DNA from: Cyanophora paradoxa CCMP329
Taxonomy: Eukaryota > Plantae > Glaucophyta
Direction of reading: 5' to 3'
Assembly (NCBI GenBank): GCA_004431415.1
Contig: QPMI01000158.1
Span: 45,807 to 109,806 of the forward strand
DNA: 64,000 nucleotides
This document shows, piece by piece, positions 31,936 through 42,610 of the stretch. The position numbers and the translations under genes are program-made. Every line of letters starts with the position of its first letter. Within the stretch, counting starts at the first letter, position 1. A model generated the notes under the pieces. That model did no database searches and was not told where the DNA came from. It worked only from the letters and a program-made list of their open reading frames with translations.

Positions 31936-34900
31936 ATGAGTATCACGAATCTCCCCTTTATCACTCGGGAAACCTTGTATTTGGATGACGGTTTCGAGCT
32001 TTCCAGTAACATTACAGCCTCTAATGTGACCATATCCTCGAACCTTGTGGTAAAAGACTTTCTATTAAACCAGAGCAACCTTGAATATATCGATATCACC
32101 AGCAATCTCCCTTTTACCTATGGCACTGATAACTCAGCCCTCGTAATATATCATGGGGGCGCACCTGTTGCATTCTTTGGCAGCAATTTCCCCACTGTGC
32201 GAACCTTCCAGCACGAAATCAATAAAGCCCGCCCCATCCCACTGACAGCTGTCGTCGAATGGGATCCTGTTAAATATTCGCAGAGCATCACAAGCAATAT
32301 CACCCTCACTCGACCGCATTTAATTGATGTCATGGGGGTCGACCTTGTAAAGGAGTTTTATAGCGAGCGATTCACAAGAAACGAGCGAGATGTAGCCCAG
32401 GATCTCGAAATTTCGGGTTTATCAATTGCTACCGCAGCAAACACGGCAGGACTCGCCGTTCTAACAGGAGCTATCACCATCACTGATGCGATCATGTATT
32501 TATCCCGCGATTTGGTGCCTTTGCTCAATCATCAGTTTAATCTCGGGCAGTCTAACACTGATGCTGTTAAGAAATGGCTCAATGTGTATGCCTATGATGG
32601 GTGGTTTGATGACTTGCACACGACCAACCTATATAGCACGACCTCAAAAACAAGTAACATAATCTTGCCTTTCAATCACTCAGTCCGACCCAGTGATTTA
32701 CCCACTGATGAGAGAGCTCTGATCAGCTACAACGACTTTAACAGCAATCTTTCCCGCTCAGTTTCGCGAACTGAGACCTACACTGTCGAGGGATACCCTC
32801 AGCAGCTCGCAAACGGGGTCTATGTCGCTTATGTAGGCAAACCTACATATACATTCACTTGGGATCAGTTGGGTGTCACAGGTTTCGAGACGAATATACC
32901 CACTGTTTCATTGGTGGATCGCACTACTTATTATAATCCTATCTATAACAATAATGAATATAATAAAGCATTTATCCAAAATGTCACCTCCACAGGGTTT
33001 CAGGTTTCGTTTGTCATAAACGAGACATACAATTTACTTATCATCCGAAACAACTCATTGAGTTCCGAAGCTACTATTAGTTTCACTCTTAACATCAATT
33101 ATATCACCCCTGAATTCGATAGCAAACCCAGAGTAAAGGTTTACCGAGATTTACAAGGTAGCAATATCGTTCCCTTCTCACAGAATTTCGATCTTGGGGC
33201 GAATTCTTTAAGGTGGAACACAGTTTATTCTTTGAGTGCAAACACCTGTAATATTGTGGTCGCAGGGTCATCGGCTACTATTGGAGATCTGACCGCCCCT
33301 TTTAGAAAGGAGTATCTCAGAGAACTGTATATAACAAAGTCTGATTTACCAGATGCTATTTCGTTGGTGCTCTCCCCCACTCCCAGTATATCCTACCACA
33401 ATGTGAGAGACACAAGTAATGTAGTGCAGAGGGGAAGCAAAGTATTCCAGGCATCCGAGATATCAGCATCAACATATAGATACCTTGCAGAGGTTCCAGC
33501 GAATTTTAATTTCACATTTGAGACACCATTTGTTTCCCCTCCTACTATTGAAATAACTGACACGAATTTGTATGTGGTCAATAATGGGTCGACCACCTCT
33601 ATTAACAATGCACCAGCCGGCTACTCCCCATTTGTTGCAACTAACATAACAACCACCGGCTTTACACTTGTCGGAAATGCAACAGTGACATATGCTCTGA
33701 CAGCATATCCTGTTGGGTTGTATTTTGCGAAATTTAATCTTTCAGCGATCCCACCTGTGTCCCTTTCTCCTCCCTTTACTATAAGTTGGAAGGCAACAGG
33801 AACTATTCCGCGATTCGACCCCGAAGACCGCTTGAAAATTAGGTATCCTCTCGATGTGACCGACCTTCATACTACGAGAATCAATGGGCAGAATTTCGTA
33901 TTTAATGGAACCAATGCAACTCTGATCGATAATCGAGTAACGAATAATTACTTTTTCGATTCTCGATATATTAATACTTGCAATATTGTCATACAGAACA
34001 CGTTTGAGAATCGAAGTAAGACCTTATCAGTCACCTTGCCCACTCACTCGAATGTCTCAGATGGATTTCACTATTATCTTTTCAATCGCAATTACACCTC
34101 ATATATTCCATACCCTTCTGAGACTGTCAACATGAGCTATCCCAGAGTCACCCTTACATCGACCAATGCTGACTTCTTTGGATCCACGGACTTTATGACC
34201 TTCTTTGCTTTCACATCCTCTACTGATGGGCTCTTAGTTTATTACACTTTCAAATCTGATACTGTTGCTACCCAGATTGAAAGCCACCCAAACACTGATA
34301 TTATCACAGTAGGCGATAAGAAATATATAAAAACCGCTTCCCCATGGGTTTGCACTGTCCGGCTCGATGACAGATACACTCCTAACCTAAATAACATTGG
34401 AATGCACTCGACATGCAATATTTATGTGCAAGGTGCAATTTCGGCTACCAAATATTTCGAGGGTGGAAACTGTGATGCAGAGCATAGGTTGCTATCGCGA
34501 AATGGGCTCTTTGAGTCATTCAGTGGGACAGCTCTACCGCCCTTTATCAGGGACACAGTCTATGATACTACGTGCAATATTTGGGTGTGCCGATCTGTGA
34601 GCAATCCACCTGTGACAAAGGAATTATATAAATACCTGTCAGATACCTATGGTGCAATCACAGGGTCTTCAACAGGAAATCCAGCAACGGCTCCCATCGT
34701 GTTTGCGAATGCATACACAGCGCCGACATCATTAGCAGGGTCGACAGAACCGCCACCAAACGATCCCAATCCAAACACACCTAAGCCAGATCCCGATTCG
34801 AAAAATCCCCCTACAACTAATCCAGATCCAAACACGACACCTAATAATCCCTCAAATCCTACAAACCAGCCCGTGGGTCGTGGTGTCGATCCAGGACTGA

Positions 34901-35262
34901 TAGTTATTGCTGTGGTTGTGCCTGTTATTACTTTATTCGGGGGTATACTTGCATACAAATTTCGGGCTTTATGTTGTGCATGTTGTGATCGGGTCATTGC
35001 AGGTGCAGGGAATAAATATTCGGCACCAGAGATGAATGTGACCCAAACAGCCGAAGGAGATGTGGGCTTAGAGGTGAGATCAGCCGAGGGGAATGGTCTT
35101 AGTGTTGTGAGAACTGATCAACCACCAGCAAGCAGGGCAGCACCCAAAAAATCGCGAGCTGAACAGATGGCAGATTCAATAATCAATGATAATAGAGACT
35201 TTATGGCGGAAATTGCACAGCGAGAGGGCAGAACATATGAGCTTCTCCCGATGCGACCTTAA
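31936..35262 (+). CDS. Large virion/fibre-like protein (1108 aa) with lectin-like beta modules, Pro/Asn/Thr linker and C-terminal hydrophobic helix
   Basis: Long ORF; FETPFVSPPTI...NITTTGF modules; LIVIAVVVPVITLFGGILAY. Confidence 0.7.
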   Translation: MSITNLPFITRETLYLDDGFELSSNITASNVTISSNLVVKDFLLNQSNLEYIDITSNLPFTYGTDNSALVIYHGGAPVAFFGSNFPTVRTFQHEINKARPIPLTAVVEWDPVKYSQSITSNITLTRPHLIDVMGVDLVKEFYSERFTRNERDVAQDLEISGLSIATAANTAGLAVLTGAITITDAIMYLSRDLVPLLNHQFNLGQSNTDAVKKWLNVYAYDGWFDDLHTTNLYSTTSKTSNIILPFNHSVRPSDLPTDERALISYNDFNSNLSRSVSRTETYTVEGYPQQLANGVYVAYVGKPTYTFTWDQLGVTGFETNIPTVSLVDRTTYYNPIYNNNEYNKAFIQNVTSTGFQVSFVINETYNLLIIRNNSLSSEATISFTLNINYITPEFDSKPRVKVYRDLQGSNIVPFSQNFDLGANSLRWNTVYSLSANTCNIVVAGSSATIGDLTAPFRKEYLRELYITKSDLPDAISLVLSPTPSISYHNVRDTSNVVQRGSKVFQASEISASTYRYLAEVPANFNFTFETPFVSPPTIEITDTNLYVVNNGSTTSINNAPAGYSPFVATNITTTGFTLVGNATVTYALTAYPVGLYFAKFNLSAIPPVSLSPPFTISWKATGTIPRFDPEDRLKIRYPLDVTDLHTTRINGQNFVFNGTNATLIDNRVTNNYFFDSRYINTCNIVIQNTFENRSKTLSVTLPTHSNVSDGFHYYLFNRNYTSYIPYPSETVNMSYPRVTLTSTNADFFGSTDFMTFFAFTSSTDGLLVYYTFKSDTVATQIESHPNTDIITVGDKKYIKTASPWVCTVRLDDRYTPNLNNIGMHSTCNIYVQGAISATKYFEGGNCDAEHRLLSRNGLFESFSGTALPPFIRDTVYDTTCNIWVCRSVSNPPVTKELYKYLSDTYGAITGSSTGNPATAPIVFANAYTAPTSLAGSTEPPPNDPNPNTPKPDPDSKNPPTTNPDPNTTPNNPSNPTNQPVGRGVDPGLIVIAVVVPVITLFGGILAYKFRALCCACCDRVIAGAGNKYSAPEMNVTQTAEGDVGLEVRSAEGNGLSVVRTDQPPASRAAPKKSRAEQMADSIINDNRDFMAEIAQREGRTYELLPMRP

Positions 35263-35291
35263 TTTTTGTAGAATGCCTTAATAGAGAAATA

Positions 35292-38200
35292 ATGACGGAA
35301 CCCATAGTAGAAACGACAGTAAAGAATGCTGTATTGGAAAATCAATTCTACATCACCCATAAAGATCTACCCAGTGAATCCAATGATCTGATCGTTAATA
35401 TGAAAGGCTATGTGATGGGAGCTATGGCTTCTAACCTGTGGAACGACATTTTTGGTTACGAGTTTGGTCACATCTATGACATTGCAAATGGAATCGGGTA
35501 TGTGGATGCAATGGCAGGCACAGCCTTTCGAAATCTAAATTGCAACTGTGTGGGAGGGTGGATGTTTCAGATCTGTTCAAATGTCGATCCTACTATTGAT
35601 CCCGCCACGATTACCTTTGATTGCAATCTGTATGCCCCCAAAACGATTTTCTCCATCACTTGCAATCTCGTTAATTCGGATGTGCCCATTGTGGCACCTG
35701 TAATTGGTGCATCAAATATGTATATCCAAAGAAATCCGGTCGTGCATACAGGTGCTGAATTTATATTAGGCGACAACACCCCGATTTGCAGACTCGATCG
35801 CGATTTACCTAACAGCCATAATCTCATGTATTTCACCTCTGAAAATCGCCTTTCGGGTGATTTCTCACCAATTGAACTCACTATACCAAAGCAGAAGGTG
35901 AGCTACAAAGAACTCACAGATGTCCCTTTAACGTTTCCGCCCGATTCTCACGAGCATTTGTGGGAGCATATCACCAATCGACCATTAACCTTCCCACCTG
36001 ATCCACACACCCATGATTACTTGTCTCTCAAAGGTGGTGTTATTTCATCTAATCTTACAATTTCGTCAAACCTTACAGTTACAAGTAACATTTATGCCAG
36101 TAACATTAATGCCAGTAACATTTACAGCAGTAACCTATGGGCAAGTAATATTAATGGAAGTAATGTAATAGTCGATTATCTCACTGTGAAGATTGAAGCA
36201 AACCTACCAAATCATCCGACATCGAATGTTGTTTTGGATTGGTTAGCAAAGCAAAAACACACAAAAGCAGATATTACAGATTTTGCCCACACTCACACAA
36301 AAGATCAAATAACAGATTTCGCCCACACTCATTTATGGGAGCATATCACGAATCCGCCATCGACCTTCCCACCTGGAAAACACACACATGATTATTCAGA
36401 GATTACCAATAGCAACCACAGGCACCCATGGGAGGAAATAGATGAAAAACCACGTTTTGCATCGACAGGTGATTTAGTAAATGGTGACGGATTTTATGGG
36501 GTTAGTTTCTATCAGAGTGACACCATTCCTGAAAGATTACAATTAAGTGAATACTATTTACACCGAAAAGGAATTGAAGCAGGCACCACAATGGAAGGAG
36601 AGCTATATGTTAAACAACCCACAAGAACAACATTAGTAGCAGCTGGTGGCGATGCATTAATAGACACCAAACCAGGTATATTTTTAACAAGTTATTATAA
36701 TGCGGATATCCCAGTTACAGCAGGTTTACCACCGCTACCATCTGATCCAGCAACTTATGATGACAAAGACGCCATTTTACAAGTGAATGTAACAGATGTA
36801 AGCGCAACCGATGGTTCACGTCCGAAAATTATATTTAGTCGCTCGAAATTCAATTACATCCCACTTGTGGGACAACCATACGATGATCACGGAAAATGCG
36901 AGATGGCGTGGATTAAAACAACAACAGGTGGCGCCTTAGAAGTCAATCAGAGAATGGCGGCTAAAAACTTACACAATACAACCCTTTCAGGTGTGGTAAC
37001 AGATGATTACCTCGAAAGTAAAAACTTTGTAGACGATACAGAACTTGCAGCAATTCTTGAAGATTATGTAACAGATACAGAATTAACGTCGGCTCTTGGG
37101 GATTATTTACCCCTTACAGGCGGGACTCTCACAGGTGATGTGCATGCTCCGAATTTCTATGTGGACACTCCAAATGATCAAACATTTCCTGTTGTCCACC
37201 TTGGTGCTGAATATGTATTAGATCCAAACACTCCATTTAGTCGACTTGAATTACCCAATGTTCACAAGCATTTCTGGGAGCATATCGTCAATCCCCCATC
37301 GACCTATCCACCTGATTCACACGATCATGATTATTTACCACTAACAGGTGGAACTGTTGCAGGTGATGTGCATGCTTCTAATTTCTTTGTCACTACTCCG
37401 AATGATCAAACATTTCCTGTTGTCCACCTCGGTGCTGAATATGTATTAGATCCAAACACCCCAATTAGTCGCCTCGAATTACCCACGAATTCCACCTTTA
37501 ATGTCGCGGATGACTTCCCTAACAGTCAAAACCTCATGTATTTCACCTCTGAAAATCAACTTTCGGGTGCATTCTCGCCTATTGAGCTGTCGATACCAAA
37601 ACAAAAGATGAGCTACAAAGAACTCACAGATGTTCCGGCGGGATTTAGTGGTAAATGGACTGATATTACTGAGAAGCCTACTTGGAGTAGTGTAGCATTT
37701 ACAGGTGATTACTATGATTTATCAAGAATTCCCGATTTCACCACTTACATACCTCGCTGGCTCGATCAAAGTGTTATTATATCCGAATCTACACTACCTT
37801 TCAATGGGACATGGGATAGATTATTTACTAAACCGAATTTGCATGCTGTGGCTACAAGTGGTGACTACAACGATTTAACTAACACCCCTACTGCACCGAC
37901 CTTGCATGCTGTGGCTACAAGTGGAAACTACAATGATCTCATTAATACACCAAACCTGCATGCTGTGGCTACAAGTGGGAACTACAACGATTTAATTAAC
38001 ACACCTACTTCGCCACCTACTCACAATCACAGCATCGAGTTGCTCACGAATTTCGGTAATTATGTGAATCCAAATGCATATGTGCAACAAGGGACAGCGG
38101 ATGTAGTTATACCTAATCAAGTTTATACAGTAGGGCAAGTGTTTACAGCATCAGGAACCGTTACATTTTCTACCCCATATTATAGTGATCCAATAGTTAA

Positions 38201-38435
38201 TGCTACTCTCGAAAACAGTATTATTTTAACAAGTGTCGATTTCACCAATAGCATATATATCTCCGCTGAATTTGTGAGTGGGAACCGTGTTGGTTTCAAA
38301 AATAAATTCACTTGGATTGCCATATTCACTTGTTACTCGGCAATCAATTATACGAATGTGCCTCAAAACGAAAGAACGCTTAAACTTCATTGGATTGCTG
38401 TCGGACCTCTCCAAAACAATAATATTCTCACGTAA
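35292..38435 (+). CDS. Tail-fibre-like repeat protein (1047 aa)
   Basis: HTHTKADITDF, YLPLTGGTLTG and LHAVATSGDYNDL repeats typical of phage fibres. Confidence 0.75.
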   Translation: MTEPIVETTVKNAVLENQFYITHKDLPSESNDLIVNMKGYVMGAMASNLWNDIFGYEFGHIYDIANGIGYVDAMAGTAFRNLNCNCVGGWMFQICSNVDPTIDPATITFDCNLYAPKTIFSITCNLVNSDVPIVAPVIGASNMYIQRNPVVHTGAEFILGDNTPICRLDRDLPNSHNLMYFTSENRLSGDFSPIELTIPKQKVSYKELTDVPLTFPPDSHEHLWEHITNRPLTFPPDPHTHDYLSLKGGVISSNLTISSNLTVTSNIYASNINASNIYSSNLWASNINGSNVIVDYLTVKIEANLPNHPTSNVVLDWLAKQKHTKADITDFAHTHTKDQITDFAHTHLWEHITNPPSTFPPGKHTHDYSEITNSNHRHPWEEIDEKPRFASTGDLVNGDGFYGVSFYQSDTIPERLQLSEYYLHRKGIEAGTTMEGELYVKQPTRTTLVAAGGDALIDTKPGIFLTSYYNADIPVTAGLPPLPSDPATYDDKDAILQVNVTDVSATDGSRPKIIFSRSKFNYIPLVGQPYDDHGKCEMAWIKTTTGGALEVNQRMAAKNLHNTTLSGVVTDDYLESKNFVDDTELAAILEDYVTDTELTSALGDYLPLTGGTLTGDVHAPNFYVDTPNDQTFPVVHLGAEYVLDPNTPFSRLELPNVHKHFWEHIVNPPSTYPPDSHDHDYLPLTGGTVAGDVHASNFFVTTPNDQTFPVVHLGAEYVLDPNTPISRLELPTNSTFNVADDFPNSQNLMYFTSENQLSGAFSPIELSIPKQKMSYKELTDVPAGFSGKWTDITEKPTWSSVAFTGDYYDLSRIPDFTTYIPRWLDQSVIISESTLPFNGTWDRLFTKPNLHAVATSGDYNDLTNTPTAPTLHAVATSGNYNDLINTPNLHAVATSGNYNDLINTPTSPPTHNHSIELLTNFGNYVNPNAYVQQGTADVVIPNQVYTVGQVFTASGTVTFSTPYYSDPIVNATLENSIILTSVDFTNSIYISAEFVSGNRVGFKNKFTWIAIFTCYSAINYTNVPQNERTLKLHWIAVGPLQNNNILT

Positions 38436-38455
38436 TAATAAAGAACAATCAAAAG

Positions 38456-39463
38456 ATGTCGACTGTGTTCACTCCGGTTTTTAGTTTGAGTGCCTCAGCT
38501 GTCCATAACGTGCAACACACTGTTTATGATCTAAACGAGTCATTCCCTTCGACTGAAACAGCGAAATCTGATTCTTTCAATGAGACTTCCATACTCAGAG
38601 TCAAAGAACTCAGAGCCGACAAGGCTGGTGGAATCGTTAAAGCTACTCAAATGATCGTATCTAATCGACCCGCAAAAACAGGGGATCTGTTTACCAAAGA
38701 TAATCTATATGAAGGTCAACAGGATTATCAAACGCAGTTTAATCCGGCTAATAGGAATTCCGCGGCTTTTCAAGTTATTAGTGGTGGGGCATGGATTGGG
38801 ACTGGCTTAGGGGTTAATGGGAGTGCGACAATTACAGGAAGCCTTACAGCTGGATCATTTGGGACAGTTAAAACGACTACTATTGATTCTGGGGGCAATA
38901 CAGAATTAGTAATCAAGCGAAATAATGAGAATATCGCTTCTACATTTGTGAAAACTTCCACCAATTCAACAGCGAATGCAGTCGCTGGAACTTACAACTG
39001 GAAAGGTCTTTCTATCAATGGAACGGATTCTTACCTTGCTACTCCTAACCATCCACGGTTTTGTGTTGGACTTTCACAAACAGCATCTCCAAATCTCTAC
39101 ATACCTGCTTATCAATATACTTGGACAAATGTTGGGAATCACATGAATGCATCAACAGGAATATTCACAGCACCTGTATCGGGGCATTACAGATTCGTAT
39201 TCACTGGAACAACATCAAATGATACAGCCTTCGTAATTGTGGATTTGAGGGTAAATAATTCAAATCCAAATGGTTATCCCTTGGCTGGATTCACAGGAGT
39301 TGTAGGAGCTGCTCAATATAGATCCATAGGGTTAAATGCTCTTCTTAACATATCGGCTGGGGATACTGTAAGGTTATTTGTAAGAGGTGTTGGTGGTGGA
39401 GCCATATTTTCAGATGCCAATTCTTATTGTGTATGGACGGGTGAATTAATTTCGGCAATATAA
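38456..39463 (+). CDS. Fibre/head protein with C-terminal C1q/TNF-like domain
   Basis: TNVGNHMNASTGIFTAPVSGHYRF...AGDTVRL...WTGELI. Confidence 0.8.
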   Translation: MSTVFTPVFSLSASAVHNVQHTVYDLNESFPSTETAKSDSFNETSILRVKELRADKAGGIVKATQMIVSNRPAKTGDLFTKDNLYEGQQDYQTQFNPANRNSAAFQVISGGAWIGTGLGVNGSATITGSLTAGSFGTVKTTTIDSGGNTELVIKRNNENIASTFVKTSTNSTANAVAGTYNWKGLSINGTDSYLATPNHPRFCVGLSQTASPNLYIPAYQYTWTNVGNHMNASTGIFTAPVSGHYRFVFTGTTSNDTAFVIVDLRVNNSNPNGYPLAGFTGVVGAAQYRSIGLNALLNISAGDTVRLFVRGVGGGAIFSDANSYCVWTGELISAI

Positions 39464-39471
39464 GTAAAAGA

Positions 39472-39735
39472 ATGTCGCACAACTATCAAGTTGTTTTAAC
39501 TGAAACCGAGAAACTCGGAATGGAATACTGTGCCTTCTCTGTTCAGGATTGGATCGATAATGCTGCTCATAATAGGGCGAGAATTGCGATTGATGAGATT
39601 GTGGACAAAGAAGTTAAATCGTGTATTGGTGCTGGAATTCCGATTCCACTCACAAAGGAAGCGATTGTAGAGCAAGCGTTTAATCGGGGGACTGTTCGAA
39701 AGGCAAGCGAAATTCCTGTGAGTGCTCCTATGTAA
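39472..39735 (+). CDS. Small phage-like protein (87 aa), possible fibre-assembly partner
   Basis: LTETEK..MEY.A..VQDWIDNAAHNRARIAIDEI resembles small genes I recall next to C1q fibre genes in aquatic tailed phages (not searched). Confidence 0.6.
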   Translation: MSHNYQVVLTETEKLGMEYCAFSVQDWIDNAAHNRARIAIDEIVDKEVKSCIGAGIPIPLTKEAIVEQAFNRGTVRKASEIPVSAPM

Positions 39736-39781
39736 AGAGAGATGGGTTTATTGTTATTTTTCATAGATCATGCATAAGAAA

Positions 39782-41262
39782 GGCATGTATCTTGCATAGT
39801 GGGCGGGGCGCACTGTTTCACACTAAGGTCAATCGATTTTCATAGAGTCTCAGACTGATAACAATAAGATAAATAATAAACTACTTTATAATTAATAAAA
39901 ACTACTTTAAACTACTCAACTACCTATGTTAAACTACGCAAATTAATACCGCAAACTACGCATTTAATACCAAAACTACGCAACTACGCAAGTTTTTCAC
40001 TTCTCTAATTTTTTTCCACCCCTACTCTCAAACTTTTTCAGAAAGTTGCGTAGTTGCGTAGTTTTGGTATTAAATGCGTAGTTTTCGGTATTAAAAGCGA
40101 TCAGATTGCGTAGTTTTCATGCGTAGTTAATTTATTTTGCGTAGTCTCCGATTGCCCGCATGCATTTCGGTGCGAAACAATTGCGTAGCCTATAAAACGG
40201 TCGTGTTGCAGTGCGAAACGATCGCGTAGCTTTCCTTTGTAGCATGCCGGCGCTCTTTTCAGTAGTGAACTCATGGTATATATCATAGAATCATATTGAT
40301 ATTAATAAGAAACTACTTTATAATATATATATAAACTACTTGAAACTACTCAACTTACCCTGAAAAACTACGCAATTCGAAACCAAAACTACGCAAACGA
40401 AACCAAAACTACGCAACTACGCAAGTTTTACACTTTTCTAAATTTTTCCCGCCCCGAATCTCAGACTTTTTCAGAAAGTTGCGTAGTTGCGTAGTTTTGG
40501 TATCTTTTCAGTAGTTCCCGGTATTAAATTGCGTAGTTTCTTTGAGTAGTTGCGATAGATTGCGTAGTTTCCTATGAGTAGCCGATCGATCTCGATGCGA
40601 AACTCATACATTTACGTTGCGCACAGTCCGCCGCACAGTGCGCCGCACACTCTCGATGCGCGCGACATGTTTCATACAGCACATGATAATTGTTTACGTT
40701 GTTACAGGTGTTACAGGTCTTGCCCAAACTCGGGAACCAAGACCCCACTCCTTGGGCGGACTTTGGGATAAACCTGTAACACCTGTAACACTGAATAAGA
40801 CCAATTAAAAAACAAAACAATCAATCATAATATATCATAGATCTACTTTGTTTTATAGAGAGCCGCATGCAGAACGTTCCATGCAGCTCATGGTAGTTGT
40901 TTATGATGAAACGGCGCGTGATCGTCGCTTTTATATTGAAAATTCAGAACAAACACACATATACAACTCCCGGCTTTTAGACTGAGGCAAGTTATAATTA
41001 AACTAAGTTGAGTCACACCTCTAATATAATAAAACTCACGAGATATATAAGTCTACTCATCGAGAATATAGCTAAACTTCACATAAACTATACATATTTC
41101 ACATATTTTATTAAAAAGAAGTTATAACCCACGATAAAATAAATACAAATCACCGATAAAATACACACATATTCACGATAGATATATTATAAATACAGGT
41201 TATATACTAACAAGATCAATTTAAATAAGCCGAGGTCTAAAAGCCGGGAGTTGTATATGTGT
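39782..41262 (-). repeat. Right TIR of element 1 (1481 bp)
   Basis: Reverse complement of 13415-14893. Confidence 0.95.
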
Positions 41263-41813
41263 GGCGTCGAGATCGCCCGGGGGGACGTCGCCGTCTGAAC
41301 ATAGAAAATCAGAGCGCGAAGTACATCCGCGGGATCGTGTAATAATTACAACCGCCCACCGTGGAATGAGAAGGCGACCGCGAGGGGGTGGCGCATGCGC
41401 AGTCGTCGTCGGCAGGCGCCGCCGGACAGGCGAGCTCCGCGTGGGCGACGTCCCTCAGGGTCAGCGAGCTCGGGGGCGTCTTGACGTGCGGCGCGTCGAG
41501 GCACAGGTCGTGCATCCGAACGCCGGCGTCGAAGTCGTATGCGTCTGCGGCGGCAATGGGGAACTTCATGGTCAGACAGCGGTTTGGAGACAGGAGTGGA
41601 TTAATATTGAAGACTGGGATATTTGGCCAGATCTAGAGCGCTAGCCTCCTGACATTTGCGATAAAGCGCCGGCGCGCCCTTCGCATCTGGGCTGGCCATG
41701 GGAGGGAGCGCACCCGAATCACAATCGGCATACGCGTCGTCGCAGACGCGCAGGCTCTTCGGATTCAGGCGTTGGAAGTCTTCCACCGTGGGGGCGAGAG
41801 TGCGGCAGGCCAT
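41263..41813 (-). pseudogene. 5' half of copy 3 of the unknown host gene
   Basis: MACRTLAPTVEDFQRLNPKSLRVCDD... and MKFPIAAADAYDFD... continue into 12715-13414 once element 1 is removed. Confidence 0.65.
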
Positions 41814-42378
41814 CGCTCTGGTTTGGCAGTTGAGTAGCGACCGCAGGCTCCGCAGCTCGAAGAAGGCCGGTTGTTGTCGTGCGGAACTTGGAACTGGCAC
41901 GAACGCCACGCGCGTATTGAGCTGAGGCGACTGAGCTGCAGCCTGCAGGTGTGAATGCGAGCGTACGCGTCTCGCCTCTGCTCTCTGCAACTGCTTCTTC
42001 TTAAGCTTCTAGATCTGTTAACCGTGAACGTTGCTGCTGCTTCTGCTCAGCCTCAGCCTCAGCTGCGCATGCAGGGCGGCGGCCCGGCGGCCCCAGCAGG
42101 GCCCAGGCTGCCAGGCTGCTCACTGCTCAGCTCAGCGAGAGCATTGGACGAAATTGGGGGCCCAGCAGTGGGCCAGGCCCGGCGCCAGCACTGAGCCAGC
42201 AGGCCTGAGGCTGAGTGCCGGCGCCAGGCACTCAGTGACTGCCAGACAGTGCCAGTCTGCCACAGACTGCCCACAGTCTCACGGTCTGCCAGCCTCCGAT
42301 CCCGCCGCCGGCCCGGCGCCGGCGCCGCCGGGCCGCTGGCGCCGGCGCGGCGGCGCCGGCCCGGCGGCGCCAGGCCTA

Positions 42379-42610
42379 CCATGTAACACTTAAGTAATGC
42401 GCGCACTAGTACTTAAGTAATGCGGTCCCAAATTAATGCGTTTTTCGCTGGCAAAACGCATTAATTTGGGACCGCATTAATATCGAAACGCTAAGAAACT
42501 GCTGTATGTACCCCCTTTCAGCAGCCAAAAGGCTTCAAAAGGCATTAATTCGGTACCGCGTGGGTCTAAAAACGCATTAATTTCTGGCGCATTAATTAAG
42601 TGTTACACGG
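42379..42610. mobile_element. 232-bp MITE, Tc1/mariner-like (TA TSD, 24-bp TIRs)
   Basis: TA|CCATGTAACACTTAAGTAATGCGC ... GCGCATTAATTAAGTGTTACACGG|TA (2 mismatches); internal hairpin ~42418-42479. Confidence 0.75.

Larger units (their letters stand above)
13415..41262. mobile_element. Element 1: complete endogenous Maverick/Polinton-like virus, 27,848 bp, TSD GGCGTC (13409-13414 and 41263-41268)
   Basis: Long TIRs; 6-bp TSD confirmed against the empty paralogous site at ~4601-4630; integrase, pPolB, ATPase and capsid genes; abrupt GC drop at the boundaries. Confidence 0.96.

Noticed and set aside
35292-38435. Diversity-generating retroelement template/variable repeats
   Set aside because: No reverse transcriptase in the complete element, and the repeats are in-frame protein modules with no evident adenine-specific mismatch pattern.
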